A DNA stretch of 64,000 bases from an uncultured Bacilli bacterium. Its GTDB lineage: Bacteria > Bacillota_I > Bacilli_A > RF39 > UBA660. Shown here one piece after another: positions 30,390-40,025 of this stretch (positions are counted from its first letter, which is position 1; each line of letters begins with the position of its first letter). Under the pieces are notes generated by a model, which saw nothing but the letters and a program-made list of their open reading frames with translations, searched no databases and was not told where the DNA came from. The stretch covers positions 25,823 to 89,822 of the forward strand of contig CANQID010000002.1 in the NCBI GenBank assembly GCA_947623925.1, given 5' to 3'. A program made the translations under genes and the position numbers.

Positions 30390-31670
30390 ATGATAGATAT
30401 AAAATTAATAAGAGAAAATAAAGATATTGTAAAGGAAAATATAAAAAAGAAATTTCAAGATAACAAATTAATTTTGGTAGATGAAGTAGAAAAACTAGAT
30501 AAAGATTTAAGAGAGTTAAAAATACAAGGAGATAATTTAAGAAAAGAAAGAAATACTATTAGTAGTGAAATTGGAAGCTTAATGCGTGATAAAAAAATAG
30601 AAGATGCTAATAACAAAAAAGAAAAAGTAGTAGAAATAAATAATAAATTAGTTGATATTGAACAAAAAGAAAATGAATTAAAAGAAGAAATTAAAAATAG
30701 AATGATGTTAATTCCAAATATAATAGACGAAAGTGTTCCAATTGGAAAAGATGATACTGAAAATGTTGAAATTGAAAAGTTTGGAGAACCTGTAGTTCCT
30801 AGTTATGAAATACCATATCATGCAGATATAATGGAAAAGATGTCAGGTCTTGATAAAGAATCTGCTGGAAGAACAAGTGGTAACGGATTTTATTATTTAA
30901 TAGGTGATATTGCAAGACTTCATGAAGCAACGATTGCTTATGCAAGAGATTTTATGATTAATAAAGGCTTTACATATTGTATACCTCCTTTTATGATAAG
31001 AGGAGATGTCGTTAATGGAGTAATGTCTTTTGCAGAAATGGATTCTATGATGTATAAAATAGAAAATGAAGATTTATATTTAATAGGTACGAGTGAACAT
31101 TCTATGATTGGAAAATTCAAAGGACAGTTAATTGATGAAAAAGAGTTACCTATAGCAATGACTTCATATTCACCATGTTTTAGAAAAGAAGTAGGATCTC
31201 ATGGATTAGAAGAAAGAGGACTTTATAGAGTACATCAATTTGAAAAACAAGAAATGGTTGTTTTATGTAAACCTGAAGATTCTATGAATTGGTATAATAA
31301 AATGTGGAATTTTACTGTAGAATTTTTTAGAAGTTTAGATGTACCTGTTAGAACTTTAGAATGTTGTAGTGGGGATTTGGCTGATTTAAAAGTAAAATCT
31401 TGTGATGTTGAAGCATGGAGTCCAAGACAACAGAAATATTTTGAGGTTGGATCTTGTTCAACACTTGGAGATGCACAAGCAAGAAGATTAGGTATTAGAA
31501 TGAAAACAGAAAATGGCAACGAATATTTAGCAACTTTAAATAATACCGTAGTAGCATCACCAAGAGCTTTGATAGCGATAATTGAAAATAATTATCAAGA
31601 AGATGGAAGTATACTAATTCCAAAAGTATTACAACCATATATGGGTGGAAAAGAAAAAATTGGAATTTAA
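30390..31670 (+). CDS. serS: Seryl-tRNA synthetase
   Basis: N-terminal coiled-coil arm and class II core ('GLYRVHQFEKQEMV', 'FEVGSCSTLGDAQARRLGIR'). The start was moved to ATG 30390 (RBS 'aaaggaat') because the track ORF starts inside the T-box terminator. Confidence 0.9.
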   Translation: MIDIKLIRENKDIVKENIKKKFQDNKLILVDEVEKLDKDLRELKIQGDNLRKERNTISSEIGSLMRDKKIEDANNKKEKVVEINNKLVDIEQKENELKEEIKNRMMLIPNIIDESVPIGKDDTENVEIEKFGEPVVPSYEIPYHADIMEKMSGLDKESAGRTSGNGFYYLIGDIARLHEATIAYARDFMINKGFTYCIPPFMIRGDVVNGVMSFAEMDSMMYKIENEDLYLIGTSEHSMIGKFKGQLIDEKELPIAMTSYSPCFRKEVGSHGLEERGLYRVHQFEKQEMVVLCKPEDSMNWYNKMWNFTVEFFRSLDVPVRTLECCSGDLADLKVKSCDVEAWSPRQQKYFEVGSCSTLGDAQARRLGIRMKTENGNEYLATLNNTVVASPRALIAIIENNYQEDGSILIPKVLQPYMGGKEKIGI

Positions 31671-31738
31671 AATTTTTAAATTCCTTTTTGGTATAAAAAA
31701 TAAAATCTTTCTATAATTAGATTAGGAGGTTATTAATA

Positions 31739-32497
31739 ATGAGGAATACAGAAATTTTAATACCATTTGAATTAGTAAAGAAAAATAGAGATAAAATTGT
31801 ATCAAAAATTAGCGAAGGATGTAAAGAATTAGAAAGATTATTAAATGATTGTATTGATTTAGATATTCAAACTATTGCCTGTTGTGCGGGACATGGATTA
31901 CAATATAAACCATATATTTATATTAGCTATGATACTAATACTAGAAAAAAAATTAATGCGTTTTTAAATAAATTAAAAGACATAAAAGGAATAGAAATTA
32001 CATTTTCAACAACTGGATATACCAATAATCCGTTTTCTATTGCAATATACACAAAAATGAACAATAGAGATAAAGTATTTTCAGTTATTGCGCAATCTTT
32101 AGAAGAAAATAATGAATCTGACTATCTTGATGAAAATATTTCAGTTGCATTACGTTTAGCAATCAATATGGATTATTGTTTTTTAGGAACAGCAATGGTC
32201 ACATTATATAATAGGTCATTTCAAAAAAAATACATGATTGATATGTTTAATTTTCATAAAAATCCAGTTGAAAATATTATGGATAAGTATAGTGATAAAG
32301 AAAAACAAAAATATGAAGTTAAATATTATTTATGTAAAACTAAAGAAAAGTTAGAAATAATTTCTGATAAAATAGAAGAATTATTTCCAAATTTCTATTT
32401 AAAGAATGGTTTTAAAATTTCTTCTCATATATCATTTTCAGAAAAAGTTGATATGATTAGTGAATATAAAAATGAAAATAATATTCATTCAATTTAA
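31739..32497 (+). CDS. Hypothetical protein (252 aa)
   Basis: ORF with RBS 'taggaggtt'. The only motif noted is 'TIACCAGHG', and the function is unknown. Confidence 0.4.
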   Translation: MRNTEILIPFELVKKNRDKIVSKISEGCKELERLLNDCIDLDIQTIACCAGHGLQYKPYIYISYDTNTRKKINAFLNKLKDIKGIEITFSTTGYTNNPFSIAIYTKMNNRDKVFSVIAQSLEENNESDYLDENISVALRLAINMDYCFLGTAMVTLYNRSFQKKYMIDMFNFHKNPVENIMDKYSDKEKQKYEVKYYLCKTKEKLEIISDKIEELFPNFYLKNGFKISSHISFSEKVDMISEYKNENNIHSI

Positions 32498-32576
32498 TAA
32501 TATAAATAGTATTAATTAAAACTATGGAAAAAAATAATTATAAATGATATAATTTTATTGGATATCTTAGGAAGAG

Positions 32577-33278
32577 GTGATTTCATTGCCATTTTTAATA
32601 GGAGTTATAATACTTATTATAGCGGTATTAGTTGGATATTTTATAATAAAGAAAAAAATAAGGGATTTTTCAACACAATTTTTTGGAACATCAAATATAA
32701 AATCTGCAATACAAAAACTAGAAGTAGAAGCAGAAGAAACACCAAAATCTTTATCTGGTATGGAGTCTTTAGCTTTACCAATATTGCAAGAAGATTTTCC
32801 AGATCTTAATATAAACGAAATGAAATCTTTATGTGAAAATAAAATATTAGAGTGTTTTAAAAAAGTAAATGATGCAAATAATGATGAACATTTTGAATCA
32901 CAAAAAATAGAAAATTGGGTTAAAGATAAAATTTCAAAATCAACTAAATACGATTCTATAAAAATACATAATACAATATTGAATAAATATAATAAAATAG
33001 ATAATATTGCTACATTATATTTCAGAACAGCTTTACAATATGTTTACAGTGATGATAACATTAAAAATAAAAAAGTTCAAACTAGGTTTGAGACTGAATT
33101 TATATATATAATTGATTCATCAAAGTTATCTGAAAATCAAAAAGGATTGTCACTTAATTGTCCAAATTGTGGTGCTCCAATAAAAAATTTAAAACAAAAG
33201 TATTGTGTTTACTGTAATTGTGGTATAATAGATATAGTTAAAAAGGTATGGACTTTTAACAATATAAAAGAGTTTTAG
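32577..33278 (+). CDS. Membrane-anchored protein with C-terminal zinc ribbon
   Basis: N-terminal TM 'LPFLIGVIILIIAVLVGYFII' and a C-terminal 'CPNCGAP...CVYCNCG'. Confidence 0.45.
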   Translation: MISLPFLIGVIILIIAVLVGYFIIKKKIRDFSTQFFGTSNIKSAIQKLEVEAEETPKSLSGMESLALPILQEDFPDLNINEMKSLCENKILECFKKVNDANNDEHFESQKIENWVKDKISKSTKYDSIKIHNTILNKYNKIDNIATLYFRTALQYVYSDDNIKNKKVQTRFETEFIYIIDSSKLSENQKGLSLNCPNCGAPIKNLKQKYCVYCNCGIIDIVKKVWTFNNIKEF

Positions 33279-33289
33279 GAGGAAAAGAA

Positions 33290-34612
33290 ATGGGATTAAT
33301 AAAAGCCTTAACAAGTTCAGTATCTTCAGGACTTGGAGATCAATTTAAGGAATATGTTGAATGTCCTCAAATTGCAAATGATGTAATTATTCAAAGAGGA
33401 ATGGTTAAACATGGAGAAGGAAACAAAAATTATTCAGAAGGTATAATTTCAAATGGAAGTACAATTGCAGTTCCAGAAGGAATGGCTATGATGATTGTAG
33501 ATAATGGTAGAATTGCTGAATTTTCTGCTGAACCGGGCACATATACTTGGGATACAAGTAGTGAACCTAGTGTATTTACAGGTGGTTTCTTTAAAGGAGT
33601 TGGAGAAACTATAAAAAATATAGGTAACCGTTTTACATATGGTGGCCAAACTGCAAAAGATCAGAGAGTGTATTTTGTAAATACTAAAATTATACCAAGT
33701 AATACTTTTGGTTCAACACAACCAGAAACAGTGTTTGATCCAGTGTATGGAAGTGTAGAAATAACTTACAATGGAGAATATTCAATAAGAATTGCAGATC
33801 CTGTAATTTTAGTAAGTAATGTAATTGGTGCAAATCCAAAAGATACATTAACATTTGATGACATATTTGTTTCAACAGGACAAAATATATTAAAATCAAA
33901 ATTTGCTCAAAAGGTAAGTGAAGCAATTTCTAATATTATGACAATGCATAATGTATCATTCAATAGAATTCAAAATTATAAATCAGATATTACTGATCAA
34001 ATGAATGAAATTCTAGATAGTGAATGGATGCAAAAATATGGAATTAGAGTAGAAGATGTTGCGTTAAGAATAAATGCAACAGATGAAGCTAGAAAAATTA
34101 TTCAAGAAATGGATTCAGAAATTGCTAAAACAACTCGTATGGGTCAAGTTTATAGTAATAACATGGCTGGAACAATGGCAGCAGCAAGTGCGGAAGCTAT
34201 GAAAAATGCTGCAGCAAATCCAAATGGATCAATGATGGGATTCATGGGAATGGGATTTGCTCAACAACAAGGTGCTAACATGATGGGGGCAGTTGCAGGA
34301 ATGCCTCAAGGACAATCTGAAAATCCAAGTACAAATAATGCAAATAATATGAATAGTGATATGCCACAACCAGGAACAATTTTTGGAACACCTAAACAAG
34401 CAGAGAATCAAGAACAACCAACATCAGAGCAAGCAGCACCAGCTCAAGAAATTGCAGCGCAAGCATCAGAACAAGAACAATCTGCTCAGGAAACTGCAAC
34501 ACAAACTTCAGAACAAACACAACCTACACAATCAGCTAAAAAGTTCTGTACAAATTGTGGTGCTGAAGCAACAGGAGCTTATTGTGGAAATTGTGGTCAA
34601 AAGATACAATAA
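33290..34612 (+). CDS. SPFH/Band-7 domain protein (YdjI-like) with Q/A-rich linker and C-terminal zinc ribbon
   Basis: The N-terminus 'MGLIKALTSSVSSGLGDQFKEY...IQRGMV' is characteristic of YdjI-type SPFH proteins. The C-terminus has 'CTNCGAEATGAYCGNCGQ'. Confidence 0.55.
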   Translation: MGLIKALTSSVSSGLGDQFKEYVECPQIANDVIIQRGMVKHGEGNKNYSEGIISNGSTIAVPEGMAMMIVDNGRIAEFSAEPGTYTWDTSSEPSVFTGGFFKGVGETIKNIGNRFTYGGQTAKDQRVYFVNTKIIPSNTFGSTQPETVFDPVYGSVEITYNGEYSIRIADPVILVSNVIGANPKDTLTFDDIFVSTGQNILKSKFAQKVSEAISNIMTMHNVSFNRIQNYKSDITDQMNEILDSEWMQKYGIRVEDVALRINATDEARKIIQEMDSEIAKTTRMGQVYSNNMAGTMAAASAEAMKNAAANPNGSMMGFMGMGFAQQQGANMMGAVAGMPQGQSENPSTNNANNMNSDMPQPGTIFGTPKQAENQEQPTSEQAAPAQEIAAQASEQEQSAQETATQTSEQTQPTQSAKKFCTNCGAEATGAYCGNCGQKIQ

Positions 34613-34691
34613 ATAAATTTATAAATGTTTAAAAAGAATGAGTTATTCATTCTTTTTTGTGTTACAATATTTATATACAAAAGGTGGTAAT

Positions 34692-37007
34692 ATGAAGCAA
34701 TATATAAATACAGGTCTTACTGATAAAGAAATAAAAGAAAGAATTGATAAAAATTTAGTAAATTACGATACTTCTTTACCGACTAAATCAGTAAAGAAAA
34801 TAATATTTGATAATGTTTTTACACTATTTAATATAATAAATTTAGTATTGGGATTATTAATATTTATAACAGGTTCTTATAAAAATATGTTATTTTTAGG
34901 TGTAATATTATGTAATACATTAATAAGTACAATACAAGAAATTCGTTCAAAAAAAACAATAGATAAATTATCTTTACTTGTGGAAACAAAAGCAAAAGTT
35001 ATTAGAAATAGTAAAGAAATTGAAATAGATATAAATGATATTGTAAAAGATGATTTAATATTATTAAAAATAGGAAATCAAATAATGGTTGATTCTACTA
35101 TATTAGACGGAAGTGTAGAAGTTAATGAGTCGTGTATAACGGGTGAATCAGAACTTGTATATAAACAAAAGGGAGATATGTTATTATCAGGTAGTTTTAT
35201 AGTAAGTGGTAAATGTAAAGCTAAAGTAGAACATGTTGGAGTTGAAAATTATTCATCAAAAATATCTGCAGGTGCAAAATATGTAAAAAAAGTAAATTCT
35301 GAAATAATGAATTCACTTGAAAAAATAATAAAAATTATATCAATATTAATAATTCCAATAGCAGTATTATTATTTATAAATCAATATTATTTGATAAATA
35401 ATAATTTAAATGATTCCATAATAAATACCGTTGCTGCACTTATTTCAATGATACCAGAGGGTCTTGTATTATTAACAAGTACAGTACTTGCAGTAAGCGT
35501 TGTAAGATTATCAAAATATAATGTTTTAGTTCAAGAACTTTATTGTATTGAAACACTTGCTAGAGTAGATGTTATATGCTTTGATAAAACAGGTACATTA
35601 ACAGAAGGGAAAATGGAAGTATCACAATATATAAATTTATCTAAAATAGATGAAAAAAAATACATAAAAGAATTTTGTAATGTTTTAAATGATAATATAA
35701 CTATGAATGCTATAACAGAAAAATATGGTACTTCTAATAATTTTATAGTAGAAGAAATAGTTCCTTTTTCATCTGAGAAAAAATGGTCTGGTGTAACATT
35801 TAAAAATGAAGGAACTTATATAATAGGTGCTCCAGAATTTATATTAAAAGATACATCAAAAATAGATGATTATTTAAATAAATATGCTAAAGAAAATAGA
35901 GTTTTATTATTTGCTCATTCTAAAAATAAATTTATAAATAAGAATTTACCAAATAATATAGAAATACTTGGATTAATATTACTTAATGATAAAATCAGAA
36001 AAGAATCATTAAATACTATAAATTATTTTAAAAAACAAGGTGTAGAAGTTAAAATAATATCTGGTGATAATCCTGATACAGTAAGTAATGTTGCAAAAAA
36101 ATTAGGGATAGATTTTAAATCATCTGTAGACATGAGTAAAATAAAAGACGATGAAATTAAAAATTATATAGATACATCAATATTTGGTAGAGTAACACCT
36201 AGCCAAAAACAAGAAATTATAAAACAATTAAAAACAAAATATACAGTTGCATATGTAGGTGATGGTGTTAATGATGTCTTAGCGCTTAAGGAATCAGATT
36301 GTAGTATATCACCGATAAATGGAAGTGATGCTGCAAGAACTGTTTCACAATTAGTTTTAATGGATTCTAATTTTGATTCAATGCCTATAATAGTTGATGA
36401 AGGTAGAAAGACAATAAACAATATAGAAAGATCAGCAAGTTTATTTATTGTTAAAACAGTATATGCTACATTACTTGCAATAATATTTATATTTGTTAAA
36501 TTAAAATATCCATTTGTACCAATTCAACTAACACTTACAAGTGCACTTACAATAGGCATACCTTCTTTTGTTTTAGCGCTCGAACCTAATTATGAAAAAA
36601 TAAAAGGTAATTTCTTCATAAATATTTTCAGTGCTGCTATACCAACCGCACTTACAATAGTAATAAATATATTGATTGCTGTGATACTTGGTAGTATATT
36701 AAAACTAACAGATGAACAAGTTTCAACAATTTCAGTCATACTTACAGGTTTTGTAGGATTTATGCATATTTATAGGATATGTAAGCCACTTAATACATTA
36801 AGGTCTTTATTATTAAGTGTACTCATAATTATATTTGTTGTAGGTATAGTTGGTCTAAGAACACTTTTCTCACTTGCTTTTATTACTCCAAAAATATTAA
36901 TACTTACACTTATATTAATGTTAAATACTCTTTTAATATTTGTTTTTATGACAAATCTATTTTATAAATATATATATAAATTTATTAAGAGGATAAGTGA
37001 AAAATAA
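34692..37007 (+). CDS. Cation-transporting P-type ATPase
   Basis: 'CFDKTGTLT' phosphorylation motif, 'VGDGVNDVLAL' hinge motif, 'TGES' and about 8 TMs. The start was moved to ATG 34692 (RBS 'aaggtgg'). Confidence 0.85.
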   Translation: MKQYINTGLTDKEIKERIDKNLVNYDTSLPTKSVKKIIFDNVFTLFNIINLVLGLLIFITGSYKNMLFLGVILCNTLISTIQEIRSKKTIDKLSLLVETKAKVIRNSKEIEIDINDIVKDDLILLKIGNQIMVDSTILDGSVEVNESCITGESELVYKQKGDMLLSGSFIVSGKCKAKVEHVGVENYSSKISAGAKYVKKVNSEIMNSLEKIIKIISILIIPIAVLLFINQYYLINNNLNDSIINTVAALISMIPEGLVLLTSTVLAVSVVRLSKYNVLVQELYCIETLARVDVICFDKTGTLTEGKMEVSQYINLSKIDEKKYIKEFCNVLNDNITMNAITEKYGTSNNFIVEEIVPFSSEKKWSGVTFKNEGTYIIGAPEFILKDTSKIDDYLNKYAKENRVLLFAHSKNKFINKNLPNNIEILGLILLNDKIRKESLNTINYFKKQGVEVKIISGDNPDTVSNVAKKLGIDFKSSVDMSKIKDDEIKNYIDTSIFGRVTPSQKQEIIKQLKTKYTVAYVGDGVNDVLALKESDCSISPINGSDAARTVSQLVLMDSNFDSMPIIVDEGRKTINNIERSASLFIVKTVYATLLAIIFIFVKLKYPFVPIQLTLTSALTIGIPSFVLALEPNYEKIKGNFFINIFSAAIPTALTIVINILIAVILGSILKLTDEQVSTISVILTGFVGFMHIYRICKPLNTLRSLLLSVLIIIFVVGIVGLRTLFSLAFITPKILILTLILMLNTLLIFVFMTNLFYKYIYKFIKRISEK

Positions 37008-37639
37008 TGAAATTTGAACTCGATGGTAAAGAATATGAAGTAATAATACAAAAGAAAAACAACAAAAATACATATATAAGAGTTAAAGATGACTTAAAAA
37101 TATATGTTACAACTTCATATTTTGTAAGTAAGCAATATATATTTAGATTATTAGATGAAAATAAAGATTATTTAAGAAAAGTAATTTCTAAAAAAGAAGA
37201 AAAAAATGAAAACACATTATATAATTATTTAGGTAATAGTTATCAAGTTATAACTTGTAATTTATTTGATAAAATAGAATTTGATAATGATAAAATATAT
37301 ATACCAAATGAAAAAGAATTAGAAAAATTTATAAAAAATAAAATTAATACATTATTTAAAGAAAGATTAGATTATAATTATAATTTATTTATAGAAAATA
37401 TACCTTACCCAAAATTAAAAATAAGAAGTATGAAAACAAGGTGGGGTGTTTGTAATATAAAAGATAATTCTGTTACACTAAATTCAAAATTAATAGAATA
37501 TGACATAGAAGCATTAGATTATGTAATAGTACATGAATTATCGCATTTTATACATTTTAATCACTCAAAAGAATTTTGGCTTTTAGTGAGTAAATATAAA
37601 CCTAATTATAAACAAATAAGAAAATATTTAAGAGATTAG
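37007..37639 (+). CDS. YgjP-like (DUF45) metal-dependent hydrolase
   Basis: 'VIVHELSHFIHFNHSKEFW', an HExxH...H motif, in a 210-aa protein. Confidence 0.6.
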   Translation: MKFELDGKEYEVIIQKKNNKNTYIRVKDDLKIYVTTSYFVSKQYIFRLLDENKDYLRKVISKKEEKNENTLYNYLGNSYQVITCNLFDKIEFDNDKIYIPNEKELEKFIKNKINTLFKERLDYNYNLFIENIPYPKLKIRSMKTRWGVCNIKDNSVTLNSKLIEYDIEALDYVIVHELSHFIHFNHSKEFWLLVSKYKPNYKQIRKYLRD

Positions 37640-37649
37640 TAGGTGTAGT

Positions 37650-38600
37650 ATGAATCATTTAATTTCAATAATTGTTCCAATTTATAATACTGAAAAATAT
37701 TTAAAAAAATGTATTGAAAGTATATTACATCAAACATATAAAAATATAGAATTAATATTAGTTGATAATAATTCAAATGATAATAGTTTACGAATATGTA
37801 ATAGTTACTTAAAAGATAAAAGAGTGAATGTTTTTATAAATAAAAAAAGAGGAGTATCAAATACAAGAAATTATGGTTTAAAACAAGCTAAAGGAGATTT
37901 TATAACGTTTGTAGATTCAGATGATTATATAGATAAAGATTATATAAAAATTTTATATAATAATATCTTATATAGTAATTCTGATGTAAGTATTTGTAAT
38001 TATAATAATATTTATAAAAGTAAAGTAGAAAAATTTTGTAAAAAAAATGTAACATTTGAAAATGAAGGCAATTGTTTAAATTTATTATTAGAACATAAAT
38101 ATTTTAAAGGACAAGTATGGGGTAAATTATATAAAAAAAGTATAATAAAAAATATAAAATTTTCATCTGATTTAGATTATTATGAAGATTTACTATTTAA
38201 TTTTGAAGTTTTTAAAGAAGTTAATAAAGTAATTTATGATTCGACTCCACTTTATAATTATTTATATAAAGAAAATAGTTATAATTATAATAAATTATTA
38301 TTTATGGATGTTTGTAATAAATTTGAAAAATATTATATAGAAAATAATTACAATGTAAATATTGTATATAGTTTGATAGATTACTTTTATATATGTAATG
38401 TAAATTCAATGTCAATTAATTTTAATAATAATGATTTTGATAAATATAAGTTACTAGTAAAACATATTAAAGATAATATATTAAGAATAATATTTAAAGA
38501 TAAGATGAATTTTAAATATAAATTTGCATCAATTATAATATTTATAAATAAAAATTTATATATAAAATTGTCAAAGTATATAAATAAAGATAAGGTGTAA
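37650..38600 (+). CDS. Family 2 glycosyltransferase
   Basis: 'ISIIVPIYNTEKYLKKCIESILHQTY', 'ILVDNNSND' and the 'DSDD' DxD motif. Confidence 0.75.
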   Translation: MNHLISIIVPIYNTEKYLKKCIESILHQTYKNIELILVDNNSNDNSLRICNSYLKDKRVNVFINKKRGVSNTRNYGLKQAKGDFITFVDSDDYIDKDYIKILYNNILYSNSDVSICNYNNIYKSKVEKFCKKNVTFENEGNCLNLLLEHKYFKGQVWGKLYKKSIIKNIKFSSDLDYYEDLLFNFEVFKEVNKVIYDSTPLYNYLYKENSYNYNKLLFMDVCNKFEKYYIENNYNVNIVYSLIDYFYICNVNSMSINFNNNDFDKYKLLVKHIKDNILRIIFKDKMNFKYKFASIIIFINKNLYIKLSKYINKDKV

Positions 38601-38601
38601 T

Positions 38602-39972
38602 ATGGAAAAATTAAAGGAAAAACTAAAAAAAGTAGACTATAAATTTTTAATAATTAATTTATTAATAATAGTGTCATATGTATTAATTTTAAGTGCTTTT
38701 GGTTTACATGGACATGATGATGAATTTGCTTATACTTATTATTCCAATCCAACTATGTCATTTATAGAAAAAATAAAACAGATTATAGGTAGAGGAATAC
38801 ATTGGAATTTTAGAATAGGGGAATTATTATATTTTGCATTTGGAGCTTTTCCACTTTGGGTTTCATATATAATGCATTCTATTATCATGATAACTTTTTT
38901 GAATTTAGTTGTTTACTATGCATTAGGATATGATAAATATAAAAAAAGTAATATTAAAAATATTTTACTTGTAGTAGCTTTTTTAATATTTATGTTAGTT
39001 AATCCAATAATATCTGAAGTGTTTTTTTGGACAGGTGGGATATTTAATCATTTATTTTCTGTTGTTATAATATTACTTGTTGGTATCCCTTTTAGAAATT
39101 TAATGGATAATTATGATAATCTAAATTGCTTTAATAAAAAATATTTTTTATATTTGATATTTTGTTTTTTAGCCAGTTTTAATGTCGAATCTACGGTAGC
39201 AACTTTAATAGTTGGTTTATTTGTTATTAATTTAGTTTTGTTAATTAAAAATAAAAAAATTGATATTTTAAAACTACTTCCATTAGTTGTGTTGTGTATT
39301 GGTTTTTTTGCATTTTTATTATTGTCTAAATATCGTGTTGTTGCTCAATCTATGGAGAGCTATAGTGCTTATAGTAAGGAAAATATGTTTTCATTATTTA
39401 TGGCTAATAGATTACTAGAAATAATTATGCTTATAGCTATGACTTTGTTGTATTTTATAGTGTTTAGATTAAGTGATGCAAATCAATATAAGAAAAGACT
39501 TTACATTTTACTTGTATCTTTCTCATCATTTATAGCTATGATGATTTCTCCATATTATGTTGATAGGGGTGTTTTAATATTAGATGTATGTATTGTTATA
39601 TATGTAATATATATTTTATATAAAATTATTGGTAAAATAAAAAATAAATTGGTATTTATACCTATATATATTTTACTAGGTATATTAGTAATATTTATAA
39701 CTTACAATTATAGACAATTGTTTATAGATTATAATGAGTTTGATAAAATAAGAGATTCATATATAAGAGAGCAAATAGAAGATGGAAAAGAGTTTATATA
39801 TTATACTTATGACAATAAGTATAATATTAAATTTATATATAAATTTAATGAGAGATTAACTAATATTATTGACGGTAATGAGTCTACTAAGGAAACAATT
39901 GAATTTAAATATGGATATAAAGGTAATTATTATACAGAGTGGAATAAAAATAATATACCTTTAAGAAAATGA
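38602..39972 (+). CDS. Polytopic membrane protein (about 12 TM), probable glycan polymerase/glycosyl-transfer partner of the adjacent GT2
   Basis: Tightly coupled to the GT2 gene (a 1-nt gap) and hydrophobic throughout. Confidence 0.35.
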   Translation: MEKLKEKLKKVDYKFLIINLLIIVSYVLILSAFGLHGHDDEFAYTYYSNPTMSFIEKIKQIIGRGIHWNFRIGELLYFAFGAFPLWVSYIMHSIIMITFLNLVVYYALGYDKYKKSNIKNILLVVAFLIFMLVNPIISEVFFWTGGIFNHLFSVVIILLVGIPFRNLMDNYDNLNCFNKKYFLYLIFCFLASFNVESTVATLIVGLFVINLVLLIKNKKIDILKLLPLVVLCIGFFAFLLLSKYRVVAQSMESYSAYSKENMFSLFMANRLLEIIMLIAMTLLYFIVFRLSDANQYKKRLYILLVSFSSFIAMMISPYYVDRGVLILDVCIVIYVIYILYKIIGKIKNKLVFIPIYILLGILVIFITYNYRQLFIDYNEFDKIRDSYIREQIEDGKEFIYYTYDNKYNIKFIYKFNERLTNIIDGNESTKETIEFKYGYKGNYYTEWNKNNIPLRK

Positions 39973-40025
39973 GTTGATGTTTTTTAATAAATATGTTAAT
40001 ATGATTTTTAGAATAGGAGTGTTAT

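Noticed and set aside
34356-34616. Overlapping + strand 86-aa ORF (Q/K/H-rich)
   Set aside because: It lies wholly inside the low-complexity Q/A-rich tail of the SPFH gene in another frame. It has no RBS and a repeat-driven composition.
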